This document shows, piece by piece, positions 11,406-25,119 of a stretch of DNA of 64,000 bases. Numbering within the stretch: position 1 is the stretch's first letter; every line of letters begins with the position of its first letter. The notes below the pieces were generated by a model. That model worked only from the letters and a program-made list of their open reading frames with translations. It was not told where the DNA came from and ran no database searches. This stretch comes from Vicugna vicugna (Eukaryota), in assembly GCA_013265495.1 (NCBI GenBank), contig MU061579.1:6672124-6736123 (forward strand), written 5' to 3'. Position numbers and translations under genes: made by a program.

Positions 11406-12229
11406 AATAAAAAAAGAACATATAATTCTTTCTCATCTATGATCCCCAAAGAAATTATTAGTCTGACAAGTGTGCATATCAAGGAACAAAGATTTTAACT
11501 TTGGTGTCTCATCTACACCAAAGCTAAGTTCCAGCTGCAATACTAAAAACTAAAAATAATAATATTGAAATATTAGAATCATTATTTCATTCATCTACAT
11601 ACACATTCCCTAGAAGCAACTGAACTTATGACCTTGAGTTTGTATGAAAAACTATATATGTCAGTGAGTCAGACATGTACCCAGACTACATAAGATTTAA
11701 CATAAGAAAGGTAGGGGGAAGTTTCAGGTTAATACCTTAGACATACATAAATTTTACCACCTATAGGGTAAGACCCATTCAAAGGGACAGGTGATTAGAC
11801 TTCCCCATAGCAAACACCCATCACCCTGGTTGTCCTTGTTCAGCCTTTGAGCAGTTCACCTGGCCTTTCTAGATATAAAAGCCCATTTGTACACTGAGTT
11901 CACAGTGACTGCTTAGTTTTTACATAGAGATGATTGGAAAGCATGGAGTCAAGTCATTTAGGCTATTTAAAGGGTCAAAATTTTAGTACCAGAAGGAATT
12001 TTATGAATGTTCTAGTACAACTTTCTTTGCTATCTTTTTCATTTTTTCCCTTCTTCCTTCACTTTACTCTTTCTTATCCCAGAAAGGGTGAAATGATTGT
12101 CTTGTCCAATTATTCAGGGTTATGTCTAAAAGAATGGATTTAAGATGTTCAGAGAAAGAGTAATAGAGTTGTTAGTCAGTATAAAGGGTCTGTGTTAGAA
12201 GGAAATAAGCATGCATTTTAGCATAAGTT

Positions 12230-13900
12230 AGGAAATAAAAATGTTTTTAAAACAGTGCTGAAAGTTTCATCATAAGAAGCTAAGTAAATAAAAAGCAATT
12301 TAAGCCCAATGAAAGCAGACTGAAAGGAACAATAAAGCTTTGGCCAGAAATCCATGAAGTAGATTATAAATGTATAAAACAAATAAAAGAAAGTCAAGTT
12401 TGATTTTCGAAAGTGATAAAATTGTGAAAAGACTGATCAAGATAAATAGAAAAGACACCATACTAAATCTGAAAGGAAAAAATGGGACATCAATTCTGAT
12501 ACATAAATATTAAAAATAGAATATTACTTTTAAAGTTATGCCAACAAATTTGACAGCTGGGATGAAATGTTTTAGATCTTTTAAAAATTTACTAAAACTA
12601 ACACAAGAAAAAGTAGGTTATCTGAATAGTCATGTACCTGTTAAAGGAATTGAATCCATAATTTACAAAAGAAAATTCTTACAAACAGAACACACCAATT
12701 GAGATTTTTTCACTAATGAATTTTTCCAAACATTTAAGGATGATATAAAACAAAATCTTTTGCAGTCTTTCAGAGAGCAGAAAAAGAGGCAACTCTGAAT
12801 GTGATACCAAACCCTAAGACCAATGTGAGAAATGATTATAGTTTGATATGTCTCATAAACATAGGTGCAAAAACTATAAGCAAATACTAACATATTAAAC
12901 ATCAATTTTATCTTAGTAATAAAAAGCTAAATTAACATTTAACAATCAACCAAGTAATTTACCACATCAGTGAAAGAAAAGAGAAAATACTGTATGATTT
13001 TCTCAATAGATTCAGAACAAGTATTTGATACAAGTAAATATTCAGGAAGAACTAGGAATAAGAAGAAACACAAAACCAAAAGCTAACATCATATTTAATG
13101 ATAAAATTTCAAAGATTCTTCCTTGAGGTCAGACACAAGAGAAGGCTGTTACTGTTGTCATTTCTGTAACCTTGTACTGGAAGTCAGTGCAATAACATAA
13201 GAAAACAAAGGTATAAATATTGGAAAGAAAAATTAAACAGTCTATTCCCAGATGAATACATCAAAACTCAAAATTCTATAAAATATTTGAATTAATAAGA
13301 TAAGGATGATCAATAGATGCAAAATGGCATTTCTATTTCTAAAAAGAGAATCAGAAAATGAAAATTAAACAAGTACTATTTATAAAGAACATCAAAAAAT
13401 CAAGACATAAATCTTTAAAAAAATATGTAAAAGACTTTCATACAGAAAACTATAAGACATTACAGAGTAAAATAAAAGGACACAATTAAATGGAGAGTTG
13501 TACCTTGTTTCTGGACTGGAATACTCAATATTATTCAAATGCCTCTTGTTCTATCATGGATCATTATATTCTCACTATCAAGACCCAATATAAACTAAAA
13601 CTACAGAAGGCCATTCTGTAAAAATTCATATCTTGATTCCAAAATGTATATGAAAGTGCAAAAACCTAAAGCAGGCAAGACAATCATGAAAAACAAGTCA
13701 GAAGACAGGTATTACTCGACTTCAAGATGGACTTTAAAACTTCAGTAATTAAGACAGGGTAATATTGATATAAAAATAAACAGAAAATGCAGAACCGAGA
13801 ACAGAACATAAACAGTACAGAAAAGTCTGTACATTCTATTGTTAAGGAAAGGTTTTACATATAATATTGTATGTGTGACCACTGATTTGCCACAAATTCA
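12230..13900 (+). mobile_element. Ancient L1 ORF2 fragment (L1M), decayed
   Basis: A-rich, with residual ORF2 codons: TATGCCAACAAATTTGAC (YANKFD), AGCTAACATCATATTTAATG, CCTTGAGGTCAGACACAAGAGAAGGCTG (PLRSGTRQGC-like). Confidence 0.85.
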
Positions 13901-15694
13901 ATAAGGAAGAAGTCAATTATACATTTATTGAATATATGCTATGTACAATGTGCAGTAAATGTATAAGGAGGTTGAATAAGTCATAGTTTGTGATCTCAAG
14001 AAGTTTATATTTCAGATATATTTCAAACTATGACAACTAAGGAGTAAGATAACAAGGTAAACCAGTTTTACCTAATGAGTATCCTGGAAGACATAATAGA
14101 TAGTAATTCAAAAATTATGAATAATATTTTATCAACAGAAAAGCTTATCTTGCATATGAGCACAAGCAAATAGAAATTAGGTCTGCCTTTACCTAATGTT
14201 GGTCCTGAATAATATTCATTCTAGGAGTGTATGTTTCAGAAAAAGCAATTTAGAAATCAAACACTAGAGTATGTGAACAGTGAAGATACAGGATACACTA
14301 CCAAGGCTTTGCAATTTGATTTGCTAAAATGAAAATATAAAGTTTACTACAATATTTATTATAGATTTTCACAATAATTTTCATTTAATAAACTGTTTTC
14401 CCTTTTTCAGACCTTAGCTTGATATGTTCTGTTTGGTGCATACTTGGGGTCACACTCCCTTCTGGGGAAGTACAATGTTGTAGGACTGAACCAGAAAAGA
14501 ATAACAGATGGTATCAGTGGTATTGAAAGCTATTTGCCAAAGTCATACATTTTATATTAGAAAGATCTAGAAGTTAAATTAATGAGTCATTATTCTGTTG
14601 TTTTAAAGTTCCCAGAGGCTGGTTTGAAATGAGTTTCCCTAAGCAGTCCCAGTGAAAATTAAATTTTACTATGACATTTTCCCCATTTCTAAATAAAAAT
14701 AAATGCAGCACATATTACTAAGTATCTTCTGAGACCAAATCCTCTGTGATGAACACCAAAGAAGAGAGAACTATGCACCGTTGAGGTTCCAGGATTTAAA
14801 ATAACCTCTTTTAATCATTTTTCTTATCTGCAAAAGAAAGCAGCATAACTACATGATCCCTAAGGTCATGTTGTTTCTAAGTTTCTTCCAACTCTTACCT
14901 CACTTTCAGTCTATATTTATATTTCTGTGGAAGAAGAAAGAGAATAACACAAATTAAATTTTAATCAGATATGTACGATAATGTAAGGTATCAGAAGATG
15001 AAAAGATCATTTTATTAAAGGTAAACATGGATTAAAGTTTAGACTCCAGGCAAGTCATAGAAACAGAAGTGAGCTGGATGTGAAAAAGATAAAAAAAATG
15101 GCTTAATTTTGTGGAGGATGTATGTTGGAGACATCCTGAGAACTTTGGTTAAATACAAGGTTTCCCCTGCTCTCTGAAAGTAGAGCCATCTTATGAAACT
15201 ATTCGTAAGCTGAAACGGCATAAAGCAAAGAAGTAATTACCTTAGGACACATCTTGCTAACAGATGCACAAAATAAATTGTGATAAAGCACAGATGCTCA
15301 CTGGTACAGTTCAAAGCTACGGAGTTTGATGCTGAGATGCTGAGAGTAGTTCCTGGGAAAGAAAATTGGCAGTGCCACTCTCACTGCTTAGGGTATGTGC
15401 TGCCTCTATAACTGACGGCTGCAAAACAAACACTCAACACTATTTTCACTTTCCACCTTTTTTCATAAAAGGGAAAATCCTCTTCAGATTTCTTCTAAGC
15501 AGTAAAAACAGATACTAATGTAAAGCTATAGTAAAAGTGAAGTAGCATAAAGCAAACTTTCAAAAAGCAGGGAATACCTGTAAAATAGAGTTAATTCAGG
15601 AAACACTTTAGATCTATAGCTGTGAAATTAGTCATAAAACTAATAGATAATAAATTCTTGAGAAAGAGTGTAGTATCAAGAAAGTTGTGTTTGA

Positions 15695-16323
15695 CTTATT
15701 TACAAAACAGAAACAGACTCACAGACATAGAAAACAAACTTATGGTTACCAAAGGGGAAATGCGCAGGGATAGGGATAAATTAGGAGTTTGGGATTAGCA
15801 GATACAAACTACTATATGTAAAACAGATAAGTAACAAAGTCCTACCATATAAGGAACTATATTCAGTTATCTTGTAATAACCTTTATTGAAAAAGAATGT
15901 GAAAATGAATATATGTATATATATGCATGACTGGGGCAATATGCTGTATGCCATAAATTGACACATTGTAGCAGACTATACTTCAATTTAAAAAAAAAAG
16001 GTACAAAAATAAACAAGAAATAGTGACGTGATAGAAATGACAATGCTGCAGTATCTACTGAAAATGTAATTTTTCCAATGTTAGTAACAGAACCACCCAT
16101 TAAGAGCAAAGCTATTATCTTAGTCCAAGTTGGTGTTCAAATGGTTAATTATATGTTAGCTTCTTAAGGTAAAATCATATGCCAAGTGGTGCTATAGTCA
16201 CAGTAAACAGACAGAGCAAGTCAAAAGCTGTCTCTGATGTAGAAAAGTATGTATTTGTTAATTTGAGTTAAGCATGGTTAGATAGCTGTAAAAAATAAAA
16301 TCCACACCCAGAAAAGAAAAACA
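15695..16323 (+). mobile_element. 5'-truncated L1 (about 300 bp) plus about 310 bp of 3'-transduced flank
   Basis: Perfect 17-bp TSD AAGAAAGTTGTGTTTGA at 15678-15694 and 16324-16340. L1 3' end and A-run to 15999, then non-L1 sequence, AATAAA at 16294-16299 and an A-rich tail. Confidence 0.9.
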
Positions 16324-16625
16324 AAGAAAGTTGTGTTTGAAAAACCAAGCACAGTACTCCAGAACTTATTTATCTACTATAGTTGCAAGTTTGTACCCTT
16401 AAACAACATCTCCCTAGTTCCCCACCCCTCAGCCTCTGGTGACTACTATTCTGCTATGTTTTTATGAATTTAGCTCTTTCAGATTCTACATGTAAGTAAT
16501 ATCATACAGCATTTGTCTTTTTTAATTTATCTCACTTAGCATAATGCCCTCAAGGTCTATCCATATTGTCACAAATGGCAGGATTTCCTTCTTTCTCACA
16601 GATGAATAATATTCCACTGTGCATA

Positions 16626-16677
<52 letters not shown>
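16626..16677. repeat. Compound microsatellite (TG)8(TA)14(CA)4
   Basis: Read directly. Confidence 0.97.
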
Positions 16678-16881
16678 TCATCATTCAGTATCCAAGGGGA
16701 ATTGGCTCCAGGACCCACTACAGATATCAAAGTCCACTGTACTCTAGTGCCAGAGTTGGACCTCCTTATCAGCAGATTCCACATCCATAGATTTAACCAA
16801 TCATGGATTGTAAACATATTTATTGAAAAAAATCTAAGTGGACACTTGCAATTCAAGCCTGCATTATTTCAGGCTCAACTG
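16678..16881. mobile_element. MER2-like (Tigger-family) non-autonomous DNA transposon
   Basis: CAGTATCCAAGGGGAATTGGCTCCAGGACCC...GATTCCACATCCATAGATTTAACCAATCATGGAT...CAACTG|TA. Confidence 0.75.
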
Positions 16882-18264
16882 TACACCACAGTATAGTGGT
16901 TACTGTTAGCAGTACTGTGTTATAAATTTCAAAGTTGCTAAGAGACTAGATCTTAATTTTTCTCACCACAAAAAAGAAATAATTATGTGACCTGAGAGAG
17001 GTGTTGGTTAACACTACAGCGGTAATCACATTGCAATATTATAAGTGTATCAAATCAACATGTTGTACACCTTAAATTTACACAATGTTAAATGTCAATT
17101 ATATCTCAATAAAAATAATTAAAATTTAATTTCATTTTAAAAAACAGAATTTAATAGTACTTTGAATAAATAGCAGTGCAAGGATAAGTAAATAACTGTG
17201 TTTCTCATCTTAAGCTTGGCTAGCAAGTTCTTAGAGTATGCAGGGACAGTGAAGAATTTAAAGAATTGTCACAGGAGTAATATAGAGAGGATAAAAATAT
17301 ATTTTACACAATAAAGTAAGAGGCAAAGAAGAGAAGGGAATTTTGTAAAAAGAGTAAGAAAAATATCAAGCAAGGACAAATCTGTTAAAATTTAAAGTGC
17401 CTGCAGATTATTTTAGTGGAGGTGTCCTGTAAGTCAAAATGGAAATTAATAAGACATGCAGGTTAAGACCATAGATTGAGAAGGCAGATAGGAATGAGTT
17501 CAAATCTCAAGTCTGTGCCATTCTAGCTGGGTGTCCTTGGGCAATTTTTACTATAAACATAACTGGACTACAGCCAGGGAAACTGTGTGAGAGTGACAGA
17601 GGAGACCACAGACACGAGCTGGCAGAAGGACCTAGTCTGGAGTAAGAACTGTGCAGGTCCAAAGGCCAAGCTTTTAAGGACGTACAAGGAATGAAAAAGG
17701 TACAAAAAGCAAACACATAAGACAGATGAGAGGAGAACTGAACGAGCAAAAGGATTTGGGAGTAAATGTCTATACGGAAGCAATGGGAAGGGAAACAATC
17801 CAGAAGGAAGCTACAAGAGGGAAAATGGTGTCTTCAGCTTCAGGAAGAAAAGAACTGACTCAAAATGGCTAAAATATACCAGGAGTGTTTCAATGTAATT
17901 GTAGGAGAAGAGGCTATATAATTCTAAACTAAAATGTAACAAATGATAAAGAAATGAAAACTAGTCTATAGTAATGATTTAAGGAGGTCAGGCCAATAGT
18001 TTTAGCTTAGAAATTTGGAAGTTTCAAGCATTTGAAACCCACCTAACATTTGTATTGGTGTCACATTGCTTTTTATATTCTATGCGTTAGAAAGGTGGTG
18101 GTACTTTAAGGTTACATAGTTTATGGCAAATATTGTATTTGATATTGTAAAATTTTGTCCTAAAGGGGATAAAAGAACAGGGAAAATGGACCATTTTCAT
18201 GTGCTTACTCTATCTCTTGTATGGTAGTATCATTTACTTTAAGGCCCCATTGCCCCATGGCTAA

Positions 18265-18420
18265 ACTAAGCATGGACTCCTGAGCCAGACTGCCTGGGTT
18301 TGCATCTGGCTCTGCAACTTTCCAGGTATATGAGCTTGAAAATGTCAATGCAGTGCCTTAGTTTTCTCATCTATAAAATGGGAGTAGTAACAGTGCCTAC
18401 TCTCCAGGATGTTCTGAATC
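18265..18420 (+). mobile_element. MIR SINE
   Basis: GAGCCAGACTGCCTGGGTTTGCATCTGGCTCTGC...GCCTTAGTTTTCTCATCTATAAAATGGG. Confidence 0.8.
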
Positions 18421-19479
18421 CCCAAGCTATTTGCTCACATTAACAAATTAAATTGCTTGCAGCATAATTCTTTCTTTACCTGTAATGTTAAAAAAAATTT
18501 TAAAAACCCACCTTTTTAAAAAATAATAAGCCTAGTAAAAAATACATATACAAGTATATGATATACATTTTAGTACTTAACTTTTTGTGGTTTCTAATAT
18601 GTATGACCAATATAACCATTGCTTTAAAATGTACCAAGTAATATAAATACATCCTATCAGGAAAAAAAAATCCTATAAATGATTTAACACGTGCTGAGTA
18701 GTTAGAAAAGCACGTTGTACACAGAAAGCTTCCAATAAATGTTAGTTAATTTTAGATAGTTCATTTATTTCTTATAGTAATCCTTAGGCTGTAAGTGTCT
18801 TTTAGCTTTTTCAATATGGCTTATTTAAAATTTTGATTCAATGTATCATGTAAAGATATACCTGTTTGTAGATCTGCAAATTACTCTCCCAAATTTGTCA
18901 CTAATTAGTTTGTCTGAACACTGAATGAAATAAATCTAAATATACCATGATAATTACTATAAGAACTATAATTTTGAATGACGTTAGCCCTAGTCTTCTA
19001 ATACAGACTGTAAATAATGACTTTAAATACAACTTAGGTTGAAATAATTACTTGAAATGTAGACAAATATGTGATATATATATAAAATATATATACACAA
19101 ATGTATATAAATACCCTACTGCTCAAATAAACAAACCTTTATTTGTTCATATAATTACAATTTTTATAACCCCAACTGCCTTGAAGGTGTATAGGTCCAG
19201 CTGATTAGAGGTCCCTTTAGAAAGGTGAGCACCTTTTAGGATTGAGCTAAGACCTCCAAGGATTAGGAAGTTGAATTCTTCCTAATAAAAGGAAGATATG
19301 GTATTTGAGTCTCTTAAAAAAAAGAGGGGAAGGTGAAGAGTAAATGAATAGGAGAAAAGAAAAAATAAACAAACCAGAGAGAACAAAACGCAACTGTAAA
19401 AAGTCTTTCATCCTGCAATGTGATCTTCTCCATGACCCTAATACCTTGCTAAATTCCATTTTAATTCTTGTGTTTTTAG

Positions 19480-19950
19480 TTAAGATTTGTATTAAAGCAA
19501 GCAAAACTGACTCTGGGTAATTTAGCTAGAAAAATATATTCTTGAAACAGTTTTGGTAGTTTACAGAATCTCTGAAAAGTCTGAAGAAACTGGCTCAGAA
19601 AACAGGCAGAAATAAATAGAAGTCAAACACAGAATCACAGCCATACCACACCACAGAATCCAGCCCACTTACTGCTGCTTCCACAGACCACCAAAGGCTG
19701 CTTCATGCATGTGGCTGTCACCACTGGTCCAAGGCAGTGTCCACTGGTGCTAACACTGCTGAAAATGCAGGACCTGCAGCTGGCTGTCACCACCACCACT
19801 CGTAAAATAAATGAGTTCTTCGCTGCCTCTACCACTTTGTGCCACAGCTCATGGACATACACAACTGACTGGGAAAACCCATACTTGATACTGCCCGTAC
19901 TTCAGCTGCCAGAAATGCTAGGAAAGCTAGTAGACGGGAATTAATCTCTT
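19480..19950 (-). mobile_element. Old ERVL/MaLR LTR relic
   Basis: GCAAGCAAAACTGACTCTGGGTAATTTAGC...GTAGTTTACAGAATC pattern. Confidence 0.5.
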
Positions 19951-20886
19951 CATCAAAGGAAAGAGATCCTAACTTTTTGACAGAGTTAATTTTGTTGAAG
20001 ACACTTGGAAAAGAAATGTTGATGTAAGCTAAGCAGAGTTTGCTAGAGACAAATGTGACCATGAGAATGGACATCCTCCTGGAGTCTAAGGAAATCTTGG
20101 GAAGAACTTTGGCTACACCCAGGTAGCAGAATCAAGGGTTCAGAGTAATTCACTAGACAGCACAGAGCAGAGGGGCCTTATTGATATGTGGGATACATAC
20201 AGAGGTAAGTAATGGGTTTCATGAACCAGTTGGAATCTCTTCCTCAAGGTGCAAGCAGAAGGTAACTTTATTCTATGTGGGTTTGTTCCCCTTTGAATTT
20301 TGCATGAATTTCAAGGTTTCTATGGCTTTCCCACTAACTCTCAAGTAGTATAACATCTAGTCCAGTCTAATACCAAATCTTCACACTCTTGTCCAGTAAC
20401 AAACGTCTTTATTTACTCAGCTTGGACCTGCCTTGAGCCTGGAAGCCTACAGTGAGAAAGGAGGATTACAGACAATGGAGAAGAAGCAGTCATAAAATAC
20501 ACCTTACTGCCTGAGCTACAATCTCAAGTAGTGCCCTCCAGGTGTCACAGATATGAAATCCCATTTCCTTCTCATAAAGGATCCTGTTATGGGCCCCTTA
20601 GGGGTATCTATCTCCAGTGACAATGTGAGACTATGTATATCTGATCCCTTTGATGCTCTCTGGACACCTGAGCCCATCTAGAGGTTGCTTCATTCCTTGA
20701 AAAAAGGCCTGGTCAAGCAAGGTCCTATTCAAGACAACCTGTAGCTGATTTGCTTTTATGGGGTCTGCATATGACCCACTTACCTTGTCCAAAGTGGTGC
20801 AGCTGCCTATGGGCCACAGCCTCACACAGCTTGTCTTTTCTAGGTCTGAATCAGGTGCCAGATCCTATATCCCACAAGCTACAGAT

Positions 20887-21200
20887 GCCTATTTTCTTAG
20901 GTCGCATCCCTTAAAACAAAGCTTGAGGTGGGGATTCAAGAACACTGAGTTTATTGAGTCAGTCTCTCAGGAGAAAGGGAGTGAGAGAAGCAGGACAGCG
21001 TAAGAAACAACGTGGTTTTAGCTGAAGACTCCTTTCAGCTGATCCCATGACGGTCTCTGGAGAAAGAACAGAATTGGTCCCAATGTGAGCAGGGCACACA
21101 CATTTTGTACTAGTTATCACTGGCTGCAAGCAACCTCAGCCAGGGCCTGAGCCTACAAGCCCAGTCAGGGGGCTCTGGGCAGGATGTTCACGGCACCTAC
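20887..21200 (-). mobile_element. LTR16-like ERVL solo LTR relic
   Basis: CTTAGGTCGCATCCCTTAAAACAAAGCTTGAGGTGGGGATTC...TTTATTGAG...CTCTCAGGAGAAAGGGAGTGAG. Confidence 0.65.
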
Positions 21201-22471
21201 TATGCCTGTTAAGCTTTTGCTGAGTTTCTCTCACTAGATTTGCAGGGCTGGGGAAGTACTCTCCTCCTCTCCCCAGGTGGAAGGGCTGAGAACACACAGC
21301 ATACCTCTCTAAAGAACTTATCATCCTTAGCCTCTTGAATGTTCTCATAAATCCCTATTCTTCTTTCTGTTGGCCTAGTCTTGACAGAGCTCATTTCACA
21401 AAATAGCCCACTTTGCCATTTATCCACCTTGCCATGAGATCTGGAATACCTGGAACCTATTTTATTATTCCTGGCTTATGGCTGAAATTCTGAAAAATAG
21501 GTAAACTTACATTTATCCTCCTCTTAACAACTCAACCTCTCAGAAGCAAGGAAAGGGAAAATCTGCTACTCTTGGCATTAGGTGGCAAAGGGAGGCTTAG
21601 AGAATGTTCTGCAGTCCAAGAAATTCTGGATGTTTCCAGTAGGCCTCCTCTGTTCTATAAACCAGACAGCCTTGTTGATGTCTGCCTCCTTTTAGTATTT
21701 CTGGAGTTACATACAGTAGTTAATTTTAGCTGGAATTAACACAAATCATTCTGTAACAATTAAGGATTTTCTTCTGAAAGCTTTATAATTTTTTGTACTT
21801 TCTGTGGCAACTTAGCTGAATCCCTTATTCTCTCAGCTGGTGGTGACCACAGTGGTATGATCCTAGCTCAGGTGCAGACTTAATCAACACTTCATAACAA
21901 TGGGCACCACAGAATTTCTCCTCGTCCTATCGGTCTTCCCTGTATAGCTCCTCAGACCATAACAGAATAAAAGCCTTGCTTAATATTTTCTTTACAAACT
22001 CTGTAAATCAGCTATACTTGAATTAAAATTTTTTTTCTTTACATTTGTTGATCAGGAATGACATAGGATGCTTTTGCCCAATGCGACTGAGTAGTCCTCA
22101 GGAATCTATGTGCCTGTATTAGCAGGAGAATGGAATGAGTGATAACTCTGACCACAGCTTGCTTCAGAAGAGAGGGGCAATGGCTTTTTTGTAAGAAAGT
22201 CATTTGAGGCAATATCCACTTTAAAGGCTGAAGAATAATTTGCTGATGCATTTTAAATAGCACTAATCTATTTTCACGTTTTTAGTTCTGCACAGTTGGC
22301 AGCCAATAGGTAATGCATTACAGAGCATTCCCAGTTTGTAGAACATGTATATTGTTTTCTGATGAAAATATGACAGGCAGAAAGAGTGCCTGAAAACTAA
22401 AATCATTCATAGCTGAATAACCAGATCTCTCTAGAAAGGTGGGGCATAATTTGTTGAACATATGGATAAGC

Positions 22472-22745
22472 AAAAACAAACCTGCAATAAGACAGTGGAT
22501 AATTTCCAGAGATTTAATGCACAGCATAGTGATTATAGTCACCAATACTGTATTATAAAACTTGAAGTTGCTGAGAGACTAGATCTTAAATGTTCTCATC
22601 ATAACAAAAATAATGTGACATGATGGAGGTGTTAGCTAGAGCTACAATGGTAATCACATTATAATATATAAATGCAACAAATCAACACACTGTACAACTT
22701 AAAGTTATAGAATTTTATGTGCCAATTATATATCAATCAAAAAAG
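22472..22745 (+). mobile_element. L1 3' end (L1MA9-like)
   Basis: GAAGTTGCTGAGAGACTAGATCTTAAATGTTCTCA...; homologous to 16890-17115. Confidence 0.85.
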
Positions 22746-24373
22746 AAGAATTATTGCAAAATTCTAGGATTTTCAAATCTATAGTGTTGCAGTTACCAAC
22801 AAAAATAGAATTTTCTCAAAAATTAACCTTTACATTTTTATTATAGATTTCTATCAATTTTTAAATGAGTAAAGGACAATCTGGAATTGACATATTTGTG
22901 TAATTGCACAAAAATGAATTTTAGTTAGGAGAAAAATTGCTACCCTAAAAGGCTAATCAAAAACTAGCTGAAAGGAAAATGTTGTTTTCTTCAAGATTTC
23001 TTCCTAGTCTATAAGACAAGCAAAGAGGCATTTAGACAACTGCTCCATTATTTCAGAATACACAGGAAACTTAAAGAAAACAGAATAATGGCAATGAAAT
23101 ATCATTTAATAAAGGAGAACTCAGAGACAGTAACAGTACTTTTTGTGAGGAAATTTAACTAAAGCTACACGTTGTCTTCTAGTTAGTAATAATACATTAA
23201 ACACATAATTTCCTCTTTTATGGCTGAGAATATTGCTGACAGGAGCATCGAGTGATGCAGGAACTAAGAAGAATTTCTAATTAAAATTTCATTATAATAA
23301 GTAAATTACATCACACAAGTTTAAAACTACCTTTCCTTTCTAAACTCTTTATAGAGCCTCTGAAGGACCTTGAGTATATGTTTGAAATCTTTGAATTAGC
23401 ATTGAGACTGAGCATCAGGACTGATACAACATGGAACACTGTGGTGACTGAAGTAAAGCCATAGATACCCATGTAATCTTTCTAACTTGAATTGGCTTTT
23501 TGGTAGACAAGACAAAATCCAGTGTTTTTCAGTACCAGACCTCAGTTAATAGGCCCAGCAAGGGACAGCAGTGATAAGAGAGCAATTCACAATATTTGGA
23601 TCAACAGTTTGTATTTATGTTTTTTGGAGAAAATGATGCCCAGCTGGTAAAAATGATTCATAATTCCTAATACAGCAAGTTTGCCATGAGGGGCAGCAGG
23701 CTGGAAGAGGACAGTGTGTCAACAGGCCACAAATTAGAATTGCTAGGACTGTCTTGGTCAGGAGCTCAATGACTAACAGTTATAGCAAAAAGGACACTTA
23801 CTGTGGCAGTTAACAAGGGACATTTCCATGAAGAGAGGCAAAGGAAGGTGGACCAACCTGGGACCTGACACCTTGAAAAGTTGTAATCGTGAATAGGGTT
23901 GCTGCATTTGTCTTCCTACTTGAGCCTGGGACAAATTATCTTTGCTCTAAAAATGACCCATCTCTTTATTAGAGAGGAAAGGAAAGAGCTTGAGAAAATT
24001 ACTAGTCAAGATGAGGACCTCAAGGAAGGACAAAAATGAAGGAGGTCATACAAACAACAAAAATAATTGCTTGGGAGCAATAGAAAATTAGAACCAGTAA
24101 AAGAATGTGGTATGTGACAAAGAGGAGAAAGAAGGAACTACATGCTGTAGGGGATTTAAGTAGCACAAGAGGCCTCTATCCCGACCTTGGGGTGTTAGAC
24201 TTGATCTTCTAAGGAAGCACCCACAAAACAAAAACAAGGGTTCACAAGAGGAATATTGGGCCTAGTCTTTGGAGTACTATGTTTTGTGATGGTCAGTGGC
24301 AGCTTGCTGGGTCCATGTTTTGTGCCCAAGGGTAGTCACAGCTGGTAACTGGAGGTGCAGGGTCCTCCTAGAG

Positions 24374-24689
24374 CAGCACTGTCCAAAAGAAATTCATTGT
24401 GAGCCACATATGCAGTTTAAAATTTTCTAACCGCTACATTAAAAAGAAGCAGGCAAAACTTACTTCAATAATACATTTTATTTAACACAATCTATCTAAA
24501 ATAATCTCATTTTCAATATTTATTCAATATAGACATTATTAAAAAGGTAATTTAAGTATATTTTTACCTAATAAATCTTCGAAATCCAGTGTGTACTTCA
24601 TAATTACAGTACATCTCAATTGGGACTAGTGACTTTTTGGGTGCTCCAGAGCCACGTGTGGCCGCTGGCTATCATACTGGACAGTTCAC
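24374..24689. mobile_element. MER33/MER3-like hAT-Charlie MITE
   Basis: Ends CAGCACTGTCCA...TGGACAGTTCAC. 8-bp TSD TCCTAGAG at 24366-24373 and 24690-24697. Confidence 0.85.
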
Positions 24690-25119
24690 TCCTAGAGTGT
24701 GAACCTCAATGTGGAGGTAAGTCAAACAAGGCTTGTCAGGCTGCACCATGACTTTCTAATTCTTAGCTTCTCAATCCCACCTCACTTCTCCTCAGCAACC
24801 TCACTTAATCAAATATTTCCTCACTCACATATATATACAACCATTTCTCCTCTGCTGACTCTTCTTCCTTGGGCTAGAAAAGTGCACAAGTCTCTCCCAT
24901 ACTTAAAAGCAAAGCAAACATGTTTAAGTCTTCATTCCCTTTTCTTCAATACAACCAGGTTTCCTCTGAGCAATACATGCTCATTCTTTCCATTTTCTCA
25001 GACCTCACTCACTTCTCAAACCTGAGCTGGGGCATTGCACAAATCCAGGGTCTTTATCCCCAGAGAATATAATAGATGAAGTGCTCCTGGTGGTCATTTC
25101 TCAAGATACTGAAAATTTT

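Larger units (their letters stand above)
16357..17115 (+). mobile_element. L1MA9-like 3' fragment with 5' inversion; contains a microsatellite and a nested MER2-like MITE
   Basis: 16357-16890 is antisense L1 3' UTR starting CTCCAGAACTTATT. 16887-17115 is the adjoining sense part, ending TATATCTCAATAAAAA. Confidence 0.8.

Noticed and set aside
14395..14520. Possible exon after TTTTCCCTTTTTCAG
   Set aside because: No convincing donor site or recognisable peptide; not supportable without expression data.
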